From Nemertoderma westbladi (taxonomy: Eukaryota > Animalia > Xenacoelomorpha): a DNA stretch of 64,000 bases. Location of the stretch: NCBI GenBank assembly GCA_032718475.1, contig JAUCBJ010007336.1:42416-106415 (forward strand), given 5' to 3'. Within the stretch, counting starts at the first letter, position 1, and every line of letters begins with the position of its first letter. Positions 11,881 through 23,935 of the stretch are shown here, in pieces. Under the pieces are notes generated by a model. It had not been told where the DNA came from and ran no database searches. It worked only from the letters and a program-made list of their open reading frames with translations. A program made the position numbers and the translations under genes.

Positions 11881-12477
11881 AGCTACGAATGATCCCATAC
11901 AGCCATACTGTGTACTGCAGTACTGCCATACCTGCATACTGCCATATACAATAATGCAATACTGCAATAGGCCAATAGTCATACTGCCAGACTGCGTTCA
12001 TTGTTAGGCAAAACAGAAGTAGGCCTAAGCCAGTAAGCAGCTAGGCTTGTACAGTCTGCAGTCTGACAGTTGTAGCTACAATAATTGCCGAAATGCATCG
12101 GATCGGATCGGATCGGATCGGATCGGACGGCATCTGACTATAAATGCACCCTAAATAAACGGTCACTTTACCAATTCAGGGAAAGGAGCAGGTTACTGGG
12201 TTACAGACCAGGTTACTGAGTATCCTTCGAATACTGAATACTGTACTGTGCTGTCCTAATGCATACTTAGTACTGCTCGCCTGACTAGTGGACTTTTACT
12301 CAGACCGAGAAACTACCCCGGTAGACAGCTTTATCGATATTTTAATCACTCTCTAATATTCCAAATTTCCCCGTCCGGAATGCCCAACTGGAAGGATGTT
12401 GGTGAGGCAATCCTCCGCCGCCTGGACGACCTACACGCAGGCCAAGATGAGCTGCGGAAGGAAATCAGGGAGCTCCG

Positions 12478-13773
12478 TGTAAAAGCCTTTGCTGAATTGC
12501 CCCGTTATTTTTATTATCTTTTACATTAAAATACTCTGTAGTTGATTTAATAAGTGTAAGAGACCGTATTATTGCTGTATCGGTGTTTTTAGAGGATCTA
12601 AGACCTATTTCCTCCGTATGTGTACTGTGAAAGGCATATTTTATGATTCTATGGCAATTCGTGACGCAAAGGGGTGATAGCTACTCTTGAACAGTAGTTA
12701 CTATGACTACGGTTAACAGCTGACATTCATACGTGTTGATTTCCTTTGTTCTACGGCGTCTCTCAGTTCAGTCAGCCAATTAGAGCGTTTTTGTGGCTCC
12801 TTGTACAGAAAATTTCCGAGAAATGACGCAATGCCTATGTGCAGTGTTTACATTCAGTCCTGAGCCAAAGAAAGAACGGCTTGGAAGTATTTTGTGCTTT
12901 ACTGTTTTTAGTCTTACACTAGTAGGTTTAATTATAAAGGGCATATATCCTTTAACTAACGACTACCTGACTCATGGAATCACTGCTGACTGATGATCAT
13001 ACATCCTGACTGCTGAAACATTGCAAACTCATAACAATCAGTGTTCAGTTGTTGTTTTATACTGCTATTTACTGTCAGTTCTTCATAATATGGTTGATGA
13101 ATAATTATATTTGGAATAACGAGAAATAACCCCGAAACCCAATATTCTTGATATACGGGTGTCGGTGGTTGTCGGTGGCGTATTTAGTCAAACCCTTGAT
13201 ATACCGAAGGTAAGAGAGAAAGGTTACAGATAAACGATTGTGACTTATGTTAAAGTGGTTTGAAGTGAATCTAATGTTATTTGATAGACCCTACATGAGT
13301 CAGTCTGTGTTCCTTTTATATGTGACTAAAATCAGTGAAGATTGGCAGATTAGTGTGCAGTATTGTGCAGCATTGTGTATGAGTGAGTCTGTTAAAGAAG
13401 CAATTCCTAAAGAATGCGCCATATATGTGAATTATAATTAAGCCATATCGTTGTGAGTAGTTTAAGTCATAACTCTGTTTATATAGATAAAGCGCCACGT
13501 CCTAAAGGAACTGTTAATATTCCCGAAGGTGAATAATATTGTCAGAGATTATATAATACTGTCAGTCGAATAATACATTAGGCTTACATAGCAATAAAAT
13601 TAAACCGTCGAACCCAATCTCCCGGGAATCTCCAGCGGGTGAATGGTCGCGCACGGATTGGTTTCGACTAGTGTAGTGAATCAAATACTTGTCATAGACT
13701 AAAAACTGATTTAATATCTAGAAGACATCTTAATTTGGTGGGTTAAACTGCCAAAGGTCTGAAAGCGCGAACA
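12478..13773 (+). repeat. 5' LTR of BEL element 1
   Basis: Direct repeat of 23936-25231; one substitution noticed (13084 C vs 24542 A). Confidence 0.97.
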
Positions 13774-14066
13774 TTAAAGGATATAGCTTCTTTGTTGCAG
13801 TAAGCAATAAAGTTGAAAGTACCGGTCAACCGGTAAACCTGAACAGTACACCTGTAGGTCAGTAGGCCCAACCGCTAGAACCGGTACTGCCGTATAAGTA
13901 CACTAGTATTATTCGATTTGATTGTTGTATACCGGTAGGCTGTTTAAGAGATTAGGGACTGTACACCCCTTGTTTCTTTTGGAGCTTACTTATTTCTGTC
14001 AGTTTTATTTGTTTGTAGGCCAGTATTGAACAGAAGGCGTGTAAACCTGATCAGATTGTACAGACG

Positions 14067-14630
14067 ATTTGTAGGCTGAGCTGTTGTCTGATTGCTGTTA
14101 AGTCCGAACGAATTGCAGTGTGTGTAGATCACCTGTCCGATTAAGTACGATTAGGCAGTAGGGGCAGCGAACGCTGTAAGGTAATCCCCCAACTAAAGAA
14201 TAAGTCGCACTACTGGGTTAGAGCGCATACTCCCTAATCATTTCGGAGTCTGCATGTCCTGTGGTTTATTTAGGCTTGAGAGTGGTCTGCCATCGTTTAG
14301 TCTGTACTTTGTTTGTGTAAGTCTGTGCGGGTAGCGTATAATTTTATTTAGATAATTTGTAGGCTGGATAGTTGTCTGGCTGTTATTAGGTCTGAACGGA
14401 TTGCCGCGTGTGTGGATCATCTGTCCGATTAAGTACGATTAGGCAGTAGGGGCAGCGAACGCTGTAAGGTAAACCCCAACTAAAGAATAAGTCGCACTAC
14501 TGGGTTAGAGCGCATACTCCCTAATCATTTCGGAGTCTGCATATACCGTAGTTTGTTTAGGCTTGATAGTAGTCTGTCAGTGTTCGGTCTGTATTTTGTT
14601 TGAGTAGTTTGTACGCGTAGCGTAATATTT
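14067..14630. repeat. About 288-bp tandem duplication in the BEL1 leader
   Basis: ATTTGTAGGCTG at 14067 and 14355; near-identical core CTGTCCGATTAAGTACG...CGGAGTCTGCAT. Confidence 0.9.
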
Positions 14631-15944
14631 ATTATTCAGAGTTTATGCGATTATCCGCAACATTCATTCCCCAAGTTTGTTCATACAGTAATTGTGTTTG
14701 TTATACATACCGTTATAGTTAAATTAACCCCGGTACTACACGGGCTGCTTGGCGTAGGTAAAGACTGGTGATTTTGTGCATCGGTCACTCCAGCAGATGC
14801 CGTGGTTCTTTTAGCTGTTCAAGTATATTTAACTACTGATTATTTGTTGTACAAGTACTCGTACCTAATTTAGGGTTTAGTGTACAGTGCTTTCCGAAGT
14901 AATTATTGTAGGCATTATATTTGTGTTGTAAAGTGGTTGATAGGCACATTCGATTAGCTCTATTAACTTCTAGGTAGGAACACTCCGTGATACATAACGT
15001 AGAACCTATAGCGATACGGCTATAGGTCGTCAGGCGGTGGTATTTTCCTATCTAGACAACGCAGTGTATTTACTACTACTTATTATTTCAAATACCGTAG
15101 TACTCTGTCCGTTGTAATAACCGGTTATCTAACCCTTTGTTAGGCTGGTTTGTAGACTTCTTGTAAAATTACCCTAAAAATTCGTATTTGTGTTTTTGTA
15201 AATTTTTGTGTTTATTTAGAGATTGTAATCTCAACCCAAATTGTACGTAATTTGTAGTATTAAGTAACTTAGGTAAATTAGTATTATTTGTTTTAGTGTC
15301 CTGTACGTAACACTTCACTGAAAGCGCACCGCTTTGTGTAGTGATTACTCCCCAGAAATAATAACATTTATTTCAAACATTGACAAAACCCATTAAAAAC
15401 GGGTATATATATATTATAAATCAAATCTAACGATTTATAAATCGTAGGCCTACCATACAACCATTAGGCCTCAATATCAGTTGGATTACTGCTCAAATAA
15501 CGGTAATAAAGTAAGTAAAGTAACCAAGTAACCCTAAAATTCAGAAATTCAATTATTTAAAATAATTGATATACCGGTATTCTCGATAGGCCTATTATCT
15601 TTATTTCTATAAATTTTGGCTGAAATTATACCGGTACTTGTAATTAATTCTAGTCCAGAATTATATATACTACAAACTGTAAGCTGTATACCGGTATTCA
15701 GATAGGCCTATTATATATTTATATATATTTGTGCTAAAATTATACCGGTATTCTGTGATAAACCTAGTCTGTAATAATAGTTATATATACTATAAGCATA
15801 CCGGTATTCTAATATATTATATATATATCACGCTACACTGAGTAGCAGTAACGGTAATTAATTACTAGGCTAGCAGGTAATACTGCGTTACTAGACTTAC
15901 TCAGACTGTAATACAGCAGTAGACATTCAACGGTATACATAGTC

Positions 15945-18089
15945 ATGTCTGATACTAAGCAGAACCTGTCAGACAGTTTATTAGATGTAACTATCTGCGA
16001 CTCAGATAGAGACGTACCACTGTCTGGTCGTAAATCCAGTTCACCTCCCACTGTGAGGAAAGTCATCCCTCCAGTAGTAATAACAGAACCTAGGCTGGTC
16101 CAACATCGTAGGTCTATCATAGGCACCCAAGCTCAGGTCAAGCGGGACCAACAAGCGGCGGAACAGCAACAACCCGCTAGTCAAGAACTTATTCCTCAGC
16201 GGCCCAGCAGCTCCAGTAGTGAGGATACTGTAGAGCTGACACCCGAGAGCGGAGCAGAGATGACGGATGCAGTTTATACGGATCCCCTTCTCATCCTTCC
16301 TGCAGCCGTGCTCGCTGGGTTATTGATCGCGGTGGAAGAACACCAGATCGATTGGGCGAGAAGTCAACGGTCAACTAGAGATAGCTACGCGGGCTACACT
16401 AGTGAAGAACTGAAGTCTATTGTCGAGTCGCAATGGAACTTCCCCGGACCCGGACTCCCGTTTGATTTATCAGAAGCTGCCTGGGAAGACATACACCGGA
16501 TGGGAGTAGCCAAGGAAACCATCGATCCAGCTGTGTGGAAGAGGTCCGCAGCCGGATACGCACAGGGATTCTTCAGCTCTATGGAGCGAATAGAAAAGCA
16601 ACTTTTTCAACAACCTCAAGGACCTCAAGAGCAGGGATCACTGCTTTATCAAGTTAGAGAAAGAGTTCTGCGGATTAGGCTAATCTTATCCGCCTTTGAG
16701 GAGGCTTCTAAAAGAAAACAAGACACGTCGTTGCAAGTTGCCGTAAAGACTTGGTTTCAACGGGTGAGTCGCCAGGTTCAAGGAGCAGCTCAGTGGAAAG
16801 CTCAGTTGGAGGAGCGCTCAACCCATGGAGAATCAACAGACGCTACTTTTTCCCAAGTGGAAAGTGAAGCGACGGCAGAGAAACCGCATAAGAGGGATGC
16901 CATTGACATCTATCTGTCAGACTATCAGCGTTTCGTAGGTGATGAAGAGTTGCGGAGAAGACTAGATGGGCTTAGCCCTAATAGTGAAGGAGCCCAGCGT
17001 GTGTTGGATGCAATTGATGTGGATAGGTTAGCGGCGAACCAAACTAAATTCGATGAACAACTCCGCATCGCTAGAGACCAAGAAGAACAATTAAAGAAAA
17101 AACGTATAGAAGACAGAAAGATAGCAGCAGTGGCAGAGGCGGAAAGAAAAGCGACCTTGGCAGAAGCAGCGGCAGAGGCAAAAGCGGCAGCAGCAGAAGC
17201 AGAGGCAAAGGCAACAGCGGCAGCAGCAGAAGCAAAGGCAGAGGCAAAAGCGGCAGCGGCAGAGGTAAAAGCGGCAGCGGTGGCGGAAGCAGAACGGAGA
17301 GCATCTGAAGAGGCAACCCAACTAGAGTTGGAAAATCTTCAAGAGAGGCAAGACAACTTCAATAAACAGTTAACAGCTAGTAATATGCAGATGATGAGTC
17401 GATCTACTCCCAAAAGACAGGGATATACATCATCGGAGGAAGGCGATACCACCGATACTGAAGGCAAAGGAAATAGATCTCGTCTAAGCAGACGTAAAAG
17501 AACATTCCACCGTCAGAAATTGCCTGATTTGCCTCCAGCTGTTAGAAGGCAACTAAATAACACCAACTTAGGTAGTACAGAGCCCACAGACCAAATAATT
17601 AAAATAGAAAGACTCCCTACTATAGTAGATGAGCCTGAAATAAGTAGGCCTGTTCTTGAAATCACCCCTTCGGTGGTAGATACACCTGTGCTCCCTGAAA
17701 CTACTTCTAAATTCCCTCTGCATAGCACTAAGCTACCTGTGCCCCGTAGAACTGCCCAAGAGACAGTTCAGGTCCTGGACCCCGAGCGAAATATTCCAAA
17801 TTTGTCGCCCGTTGTCCCTCGTCCGCCCGCTACAACGTTGGCGACTCCCGCTTCGGCGGTCGAATGGGTGGACGAGAGACGGCGGGGGATGGATATCCTG
17901 CTCGGACAGATGCAGGAGACTGTCCAGCAGTTCAAGGGCACAGTAAGGGAAAGTAGGCTAGAGTTGCAAGAAGTGCAGCAAAGTATCGCGCTAGAACGCG
18001 ATAAATTAGTAAATACTCAAAAAGGTATACCACCACCCTCTGTAACAATGTGTCAACCCGTTAGTATGAACGTATGTACTGAAGTATGA
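15945..18089 (+). CDS. BEL1 ORF upstream of gag (low complexity, Ala/Glu/Lys coiled coil); in frame with gag
   Basis: 714-aa ORF with AEAKA repeats; ends at one TGA in the same frame as 18099-20921. Confidence 0.7.
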   Translation: MSDTKQNLSDSLLDVTICDSDRDVPLSGRKSSSPPTVRKVIPPVVITEPRLVQHRRSIIGTQAQVKRDQQAAEQQQPASQELIPQRPSSSSSEDTVELTPESGAEMTDAVYTDPLLILPAAVLAGLLIAVEEHQIDWARSQRSTRDSYAGYTSEELKSIVESQWNFPGPGLPFDLSEAAWEDIHRMGVAKETIDPAVWKRSAAGYAQGFFSSMERIEKQLFQQPQGPQEQGSLLYQVRERVLRIRLILSAFEEASKRKQDTSLQVAVKTWFQRVSRQVQGAAQWKAQLEERSTHGESTDATFSQVESEATAEKPHKRDAIDIYLSDYQRFVGDEELRRRLDGLSPNSEGAQRVLDAIDVDRLAANQTKFDEQLRIARDQEEQLKKKRIEDRKIAAVAEAERKATLAEAAAEAKAAAAEAEAKATAAAAEAKAEAKAAAAEVKAAAVAEAERRASEEATQLELENLQERQDNFNKQLTASNMQMMSRSTPKRQGYTSSEEGDTTDTEGKGNRSRLSRRKRTFHRQKLPDLPPAVRRQLNNTNLGSTEPTDQIIKIERLPTIVDEPEISRPVLEITPSVVDTPVLPETTSKFPLHSTKLPVPRRTAQETVQVLDPERNIPNLSPVVPRPPATTLATPASAVEWVDERRRGMDILLGQMQETVQQFKGTVRESRLELQEVQQSIALERDKLVNTQKGIPPPSVTMCQPVSMNVCTEV

Positions 18090-18098
18090 ACTGAAGTA

Positions 18099-20921
18099 TT
18101 GCATGCGCAAGGTGTGGAGCCTACACGCATATATACTGCTAGCGAAGTAGAAACTCCTATAGTGAACCCTATTAAGGGTAATTATAGACCTGTTGATAAT
18201 GATATTCCCTATAGAACTGATAATAATCCGAGAAATTTATATACCGATAACTCGATATTAAATAGCACGATGGCCCAAGAAAGTTTTACGCGTCAAATGG
18301 CTAGAACCGAAGCCCGGCAAGCGGTAAAGGTTGGAGAGATCGTCAAGTTCAATGGAGATGAGATGAAATGGTTACCTTTTAATGAATATTACAAAGATAA
18401 CATACAGAGCTCTGTACTATCTAATGGAGAAAAACCTAGATACCTCATCGAGTGCTTGGAAGGATCTCCCAGGTTAATGGCGTTAAGGTTTATTGGACAT
18501 CCAGACGGATTAAGACAAGTTTGGGATACACTAAACATCAGGTATGGTAATAGGAATGACATAGCTGGGTATTTGTATGCAAAATTAATGGCGCCCCGAA
18601 AGTTTCTTAGCAGCGGGATTATAGAGTTTTCCGATGAGATTCAGGAGATCTGTAGACAATTAGATTGGCTAGGTAAGTCTCATGAATACCAGAATTCTAT
18701 GGTTGTAAGAGCCTTAGCATCTGCTTTGCCCAAGGGTGGAGTAGGTACACGCTGGGATAAGAAGGTGTTATATATGATGGAACAACAACGACGAGACCCT
18801 ACCATGACTGATCTCATGTCATTCTTAGATAGAGAAGTGAAATTACAGCTCCTAAGGCAGTCCAGAGAGAAGACATTGGAAAACAAGGTAAGTGAGAAAC
18901 CCGTTTCTAGGAGAAGGGTAACACCAGTATGTTATACCGACGACGGTGAAAGCCAAACCTCTCAAGGAGAGGACAGCGGGAAAGACACTGACAGGCCTTA
19001 TTATGTCAATAAAATGCCTAAAGAACAGGTAAGTAAATCCAAGTCTCGACCCAATGACAGAAGGGAACCGGTACAAAAAACCCCTCCTACGTCTCCTAAA
19101 GGAATTCAGGTGAGAAAGCCCGAGGAAAGAACAAGTGTGCACCACATAGCACAGGTTAAAGTAAGTAACATCAAACCAAAATGTGCGCTGTGTGACGGGA
19201 CCCACTATTTGAATAGGTGTGATGAATTTCTAAAGAAATCATTAACGGAGAGACGCGAAGTTATGTGGGATAAGCGGTTGTGTTATAATTGCCTCAGACG
19301 AGGACACCAACGGCGAACCTGTAACTCCGACGCAAGGTGTGCAAAGTGCGGCGCAAATCATCATATCTTGTTGCACACGGAATTCGAACGAAACAGCCCG
19401 AGTCAGGTAAGTGAGTCCGAACTACATGTCCAATTCAGTGATGTGAACGACACTGATCAATCTGAGATGGAAGGATTCTATACGGACGAGTTCTCCGACC
19501 AAAACGAATCCTGTTACCTAATAAACACCACCGCAGTGTATCGAGCACTCATACATGAGAAAGACACAGACAGCGACCTTACCTTAACTACTTCCGATCA
19601 ACAACCCTCTTGGAAAGCGCCAACTTCCAATATAGGAATCCGAGAGTTTCCTGTGGTGCAGGTAAGGGTGCACGGACCTAAACGGAGTTATGTAGTGAAC
19701 GCCCTCCTGGACTCCGGCAGCACAGGAACATTCATCGATAAAGAGCTAGCCGAAGATATATTTGCTGGACAACCCAAGTTCCAAACTAAGCTCAACATGT
19801 TAGGCATTATGCAAGTTTGGAAATCTACAATAACAGCTGATTATTATGTAGGCGCGTTGTCCACCCCACAAGACGAACTAGGAGAACATAGCATAAGGTC
19901 AGTGAAAATGGTGGCTATTAAGAACTTCACTACTACTCAAGCAGACCTTTATAATTGGGACGAGGATGAGAGCATCCAACATCTTAACATACCTCGATTC
20001 CAAACTGATTACCCTGGAGTGCAAATACTCATCGGCCAAAACGCGCATGAGGCGCTGGAGACATTAGAGAAACGGCCTGCTCAACCGCAGCCCCTACAGA
20101 CCTATGCGGTAAGAACTAGAGTAGGTTGGTACCTTACTGGACCTTCCCGTAGAACGCTCAGGGAAAGACTGCTTCAAGATCGCGTCTGCCAAGTGAGTGA
20201 ATGGGAAGACGATACTAGTGAGGGAGACGACCCAACTGAGGGAACACCACACTCCTCAGATAATGACAATCTTAGCTCCAATGTAGATCAATGGAGATAT
20301 TGCCCCAAGAAGTTTAATCCAACGGACATCGCTTCCAGAGGAGCAACTCCTCAAGAACTGACAGATACTATAGACCGGTTAGGTGAACCCGACTTCCTGA
20401 GTAAGGAGAATGAATGGCCTCCCCATCTTACTCCGACTGAGATTAGACCAGCCAAGGGAGCGGAGAAAGTTAAACCTAAAACCCGGACGGGTGGAGCGGA
20501 GTTATTTGAACCCGGGATAGATCTGTCGGTATTGCATATTGCCAGGGATGACGCCATGGATCTGGACCTCCCCACCGCGAGTGGATCCTTCATGAAGATC
20601 AGAGAGAGCGATTGGAGCTCTGGAACATCAGACGTCTCGCAGGGACTCTCACCTCTCCTGCAGAGAGCGACGGACCACTATAGCTCCTGGAATCGGCTTT
20701 GTGACGCCGTCATATACTTTGAGCGATGTTTCTATCGTCACTATTCCAGGACGAAGAGGAAACCTGGAATTGTATTCAGGATGCAGCGACTCAATCACCC
20801 AGTCGGTCGTTTGTGTTTATCGGAAGGGAATGGAGGACTCTCCGGAAACTGTGGAAGGCAAGATTCTCTTCCCACGACCACCTCCCTAATCCTTCAAACA
20901 TCTAGGGACTCCATAACGTAA
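18099..20921 (+). CDS. BEL1 gag-protease fused to an RNase H C-terminal remnant
   Basis: Capsid-like KFNGD..W..F region; three BEL knuckles (CALCDGTHYLNRC, CYNCLRRGHQRRTC, CAKCGANHHILLH); protease ALLDSGSTGTFI; then WRYCPKKFNPTDIASRG and YSSWNRL; no YVDD or integrase. Confidence 0.88.
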   Translation: MHAQGVEPTRIYTASEVETPIVNPIKGNYRPVDNDIPYRTDNNPRNLYTDNSILNSTMAQESFTRQMARTEARQAVKVGEIVKFNGDEMKWLPFNEYYKDNIQSSVLSNGEKPRYLIECLEGSPRLMALRFIGHPDGLRQVWDTLNIRYGNRNDIAGYLYAKLMAPRKFLSSGIIEFSDEIQEICRQLDWLGKSHEYQNSMVVRALASALPKGGVGTRWDKKVLYMMEQQRRDPTMTDLMSFLDREVKLQLLRQSREKTLENKVSEKPVSRRRVTPVCYTDDGESQTSQGEDSGKDTDRPYYVNKMPKEQVSKSKSRPNDRREPVQKTPPTSPKGIQVRKPEERTSVHHIAQVKVSNIKPKCALCDGTHYLNRCDEFLKKSLTERREVMWDKRLCYNCLRRGHQRRTCNSDARCAKCGANHHILLHTEFERNSPSQVSESELHVQFSDVNDTDQSEMEGFYTDEFSDQNESCYLINTTAVYRALIHEKDTDSDLTLTTSDQQPSWKAPTSNIGIREFPVVQVRVHGPKRSYVVNALLDSGSTGTFIDKELAEDIFAGQPKFQTKLNMLGIMQVWKSTITADYYVGALSTPQDELGEHSIRSVKMVAIKNFTTTQADLYNWDEDESIQHLNIPRFQTDYPGVQILIGQNAHEALETLEKRPAQPQPLQTYAVRTRVGWYLTGPSRRTLRERLLQDRVCQVSEWEDDTSEGDDPTEGTPHSSDNDNLSSNVDQWRYCPKKFNPTDIASRGATPQELTDTIDRLGEPDFLSKENEWPPHLTPTEIRPAKGAEKVKPKTRTGGAELFEPGIDLSVLHIARDDAMDLDLPTASGSFMKIRESDWSSGTSDVSQGLSPLLQRATDHYSSWNRLCDAVIYFERCFYRHYSRTKRKPGIVFRMQRLNHPVGRLCLSEGNGGLSGNCGRQDSLPTTTSLILQTSRDSIT

Positions 20922-23900
20922 CAACATATGGAGTGGGCGTGTGACTCTATTATTTTATATTATTTTATCATCTTTATATTTATGTATGGATTACTATGTA
21001 ATTTTATTATAATCGTTTTATTTAATTTAGTAGAATATTATTTAGCGATTATTTTGTAGAATAGTGCAATATATTCGTGTTTATTACGTACATACTTACT
21101 TATATTATATTTAGTGCGACGGCGAAGAAATAATTATTTTTTCTCTTTCCTTACTGTCCGTATTATATTATAAATACGTAACTACAGTAAGATGAAATGT
21201 CTGTACTTATTAAAGTACAATAAAGCCACTACTATATTTAAGTATTATTGGTAGGCAGAGTATTAGGAATGCAAAGTTCAGATCCTCGTGTCTCGGCTAA
21301 ACCAAGCTCTGGGTAGACCTTGGAAACGACTTGCCTCTTCACACTGACATTGCTTCGTGCGATATTGCTCTCATACCGTATATTAAATAATACATATAGT
21401 AGCGTGATGTCCCTTTAACAGTAGCGTATAACGCAAAATAAATCTGTTAAACCCTTTGACCATCTGTAATTCTAGTCGATTAAGATATCGCGGCACCCAC
21501 CGATATACTTGAAAGACAAATTCTAGAATCAGTGGTTAACGTCCCCAGACAAGTTCTGGAATAAATCGGTGCCCATCTCAAATATTAATTATTTAATATT
21601 TGCAAATCTAATAAATCAAAATCTGTAAAATTCAGATCCTTCAGCAATTCTAGTCAATTAAGATATCGTAGCATTTACCGATATTCTTAAAAAGACAATT
21701 GTCATAGAATTAAGGATCTTGTGTCCCCAGACATATTCTAGAATCAAAATATGTCAATTTAATTATCAAATAATAAAATTTCAGGGAATAAATTTAAATT
21801 CATGCCTTTTAATGAATTTAATAAATTGCCATTTTTACGCAATTTATAAAGTTCCCAAAATTTCATTAATTAATAGATCAAGGGAGCGGAGATTTATCTT
21901 ATCATGCGTATGAGTGTGTGAAAGTCTCCCAAACATAGTCAATAGCCGATAAAATTCATAAAGTCATGTATAAACAGGACATTGACTATTAAAGAATTAC
22001 TATTAAATAACATCCCAGATCTGTATGCATGGGAATCACCCTAATTCTACCGCTAGCTTTGCATAATGTCACCATAGCAACAATCACGCTAGAATTAGAA
22101 TTGAGTTAAAAGAACAATAGAAAGCTTGTCCCATTGAATAGCATAGGAAATAAATAGTGCACTGATAGTATCCAAGGATACATAATAATACAGTGACATT
22201 CTGGAAGGCATTGACTAACGGACAAGTGACCCGAGTGTGTGTAATTTGTGACAAGTTGTGTGTGTGGTATTTGTGAGTTTATAGGCGAATGTTACTACTA
22301 AGGTGTGTTTACAGTAGCCAGTCGCAATCGTAAAGTAACCTAACTCTCCAAGGAAAACCTGAAGTACATCTAAGACTTTGGGATGGACAGTTGAGTGACT
22401 TGTGCCGGTTGTCGTTGTCGTTGTGCGGCTACGTCGTTGGCGAAAGTACAGCGGCGACGACACATCGGCGCTGAGGATCTCGTACTGTCCGGGGGTTAAT
22501 TGGAGTAGGCAGCGACGCTCGCTAGCCTAAATATAAACTCCTTATAATGTGGATAAACTCATATATAGCAGACATGACGGAGTTGATAGAAGATGGTCTT
22601 GGTATCGGGGAGCGATATACTCTACTTTTACAAGCGTTTGTTGATAGCTTAATACGCGGCGACGTTAGTCCAACTGCTGCGGAGGACGATGGTCGTTATA
22701 TCGAACCGCCAATGTCCCAAGAGCAGCTCGCGCGAGTTGGACTATAGAAAATTCGCTGCTCGATATACGCAGCGTAATGGTATGTATATGGGCTTCTTAA
22801 CTACTGGTCATCCTATCGATTTACACAATACGGACTATGTCGACTATATATTCTGCCCAGCGGAGTCGGAACCATAAACGGAAATTCGAATGCGAAAATT
22901 CTATTCGAAATCGACTCGAAAGAAAAGACACTTAAGAAACAAATGGACGCGGTAACTCCAACGTATATTTGGAATTCTTGATAGAAGCATTGTAACAACA
23001 AATAAATATCACCCGCGTTTACCCTACCAGACGTGCGTCTTTGGTATTATTACGATAAATGCCCTAGACCCAACTAATAAACGGAAAGACATAAACATCC
23101 ACGTAAACCGAAACTTGTTGACGTATCACCTATGCTCACTCGGCTCGAACGATCCTGGAGTAAACCTACGATCAGAGTCCCGGAATACTCGGTCAAACCT
23201 CCTCATTCCTTAGTTGGACCTCAGACCTGCGATCTTGGTGGTGTCGCGGATCCTCGCGGACTGAATTCACTGTTCAAAGATCTAGTGCTACCCTAACAAT
23301 TAATCGGTAACACTCCGACAGTGATTTCTAGCTAGCCGCCCATCTTACCTAGCCGGATTGTGACGCGGACACCTAATATCACTATCCAACCGTATGGTCG
23401 TCCACGTTTAACGCGATACAACCCCTCATCAAGGGGAAGGAGAGCGTTGTACGAAACGAGTTAAATGCTATTTTATAAAGATCAAAAAGGAAACCTGCGT
23501 TTGTTCAGATAAACGTAAGTTATAACAGTGAGTCCAATCGATACACGAATTGGCCTTATCTCAATTCGATTGGGAAATCCAGAATCTCTAAGAAGTTATC
23601 GAACTTGGACGATCCTATTCTCTGCGAGAGTTTTTGGATGAACGTATCCAGCTACGAGCGGAGGAAAATCAGCTCGAGGAGAAGCATATCGAAACGGCAG
23701 ATACCTCGACCACAATCCTACACCTTCTGATGCAATCATATTGCACCCTTCACCCAGGAGTTATGGCCCTCCTAGTAAAGTGGCTCCCCCCAAAGAGAAA
23801 AAGACTCTTGCTAGCCTCAAAAAACTGCGTAAACGCCGTCTGCGTAAGAAAGACTAACTGTTTAGAGTATCTTTATGTTTTAGAAACTGTGATTTTTATA

Positions 23901-23935
23901 TTTTATAGACTGAAAATCCCATTTTCTGGGAGCGG

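Larger units (their letters stand above)
9292..12151. mobile_element. Non-autonomous TIR element (PIF/Harbinger-like) carrying a host gene fragment
   Basis: About 130-bp inverted repeats at 9292-9421 and 12005-12151 containing (CCGAT)n; right end ...TATAAATGCACCC followed by TAA; left end degraded, TSD not confirmed. Confidence 0.7.

Noticed and set aside
12990-13025. Hammerhead-like CTGATGA...GAAAC in the BEL1 LTR
   Set aside because: Stem II does not abut GAAA, and there is no convincing stem I or III
12793-13498. Short ORFs duplicated at 24251-24956
   Set aside because: Chance ORFs within the LTRs
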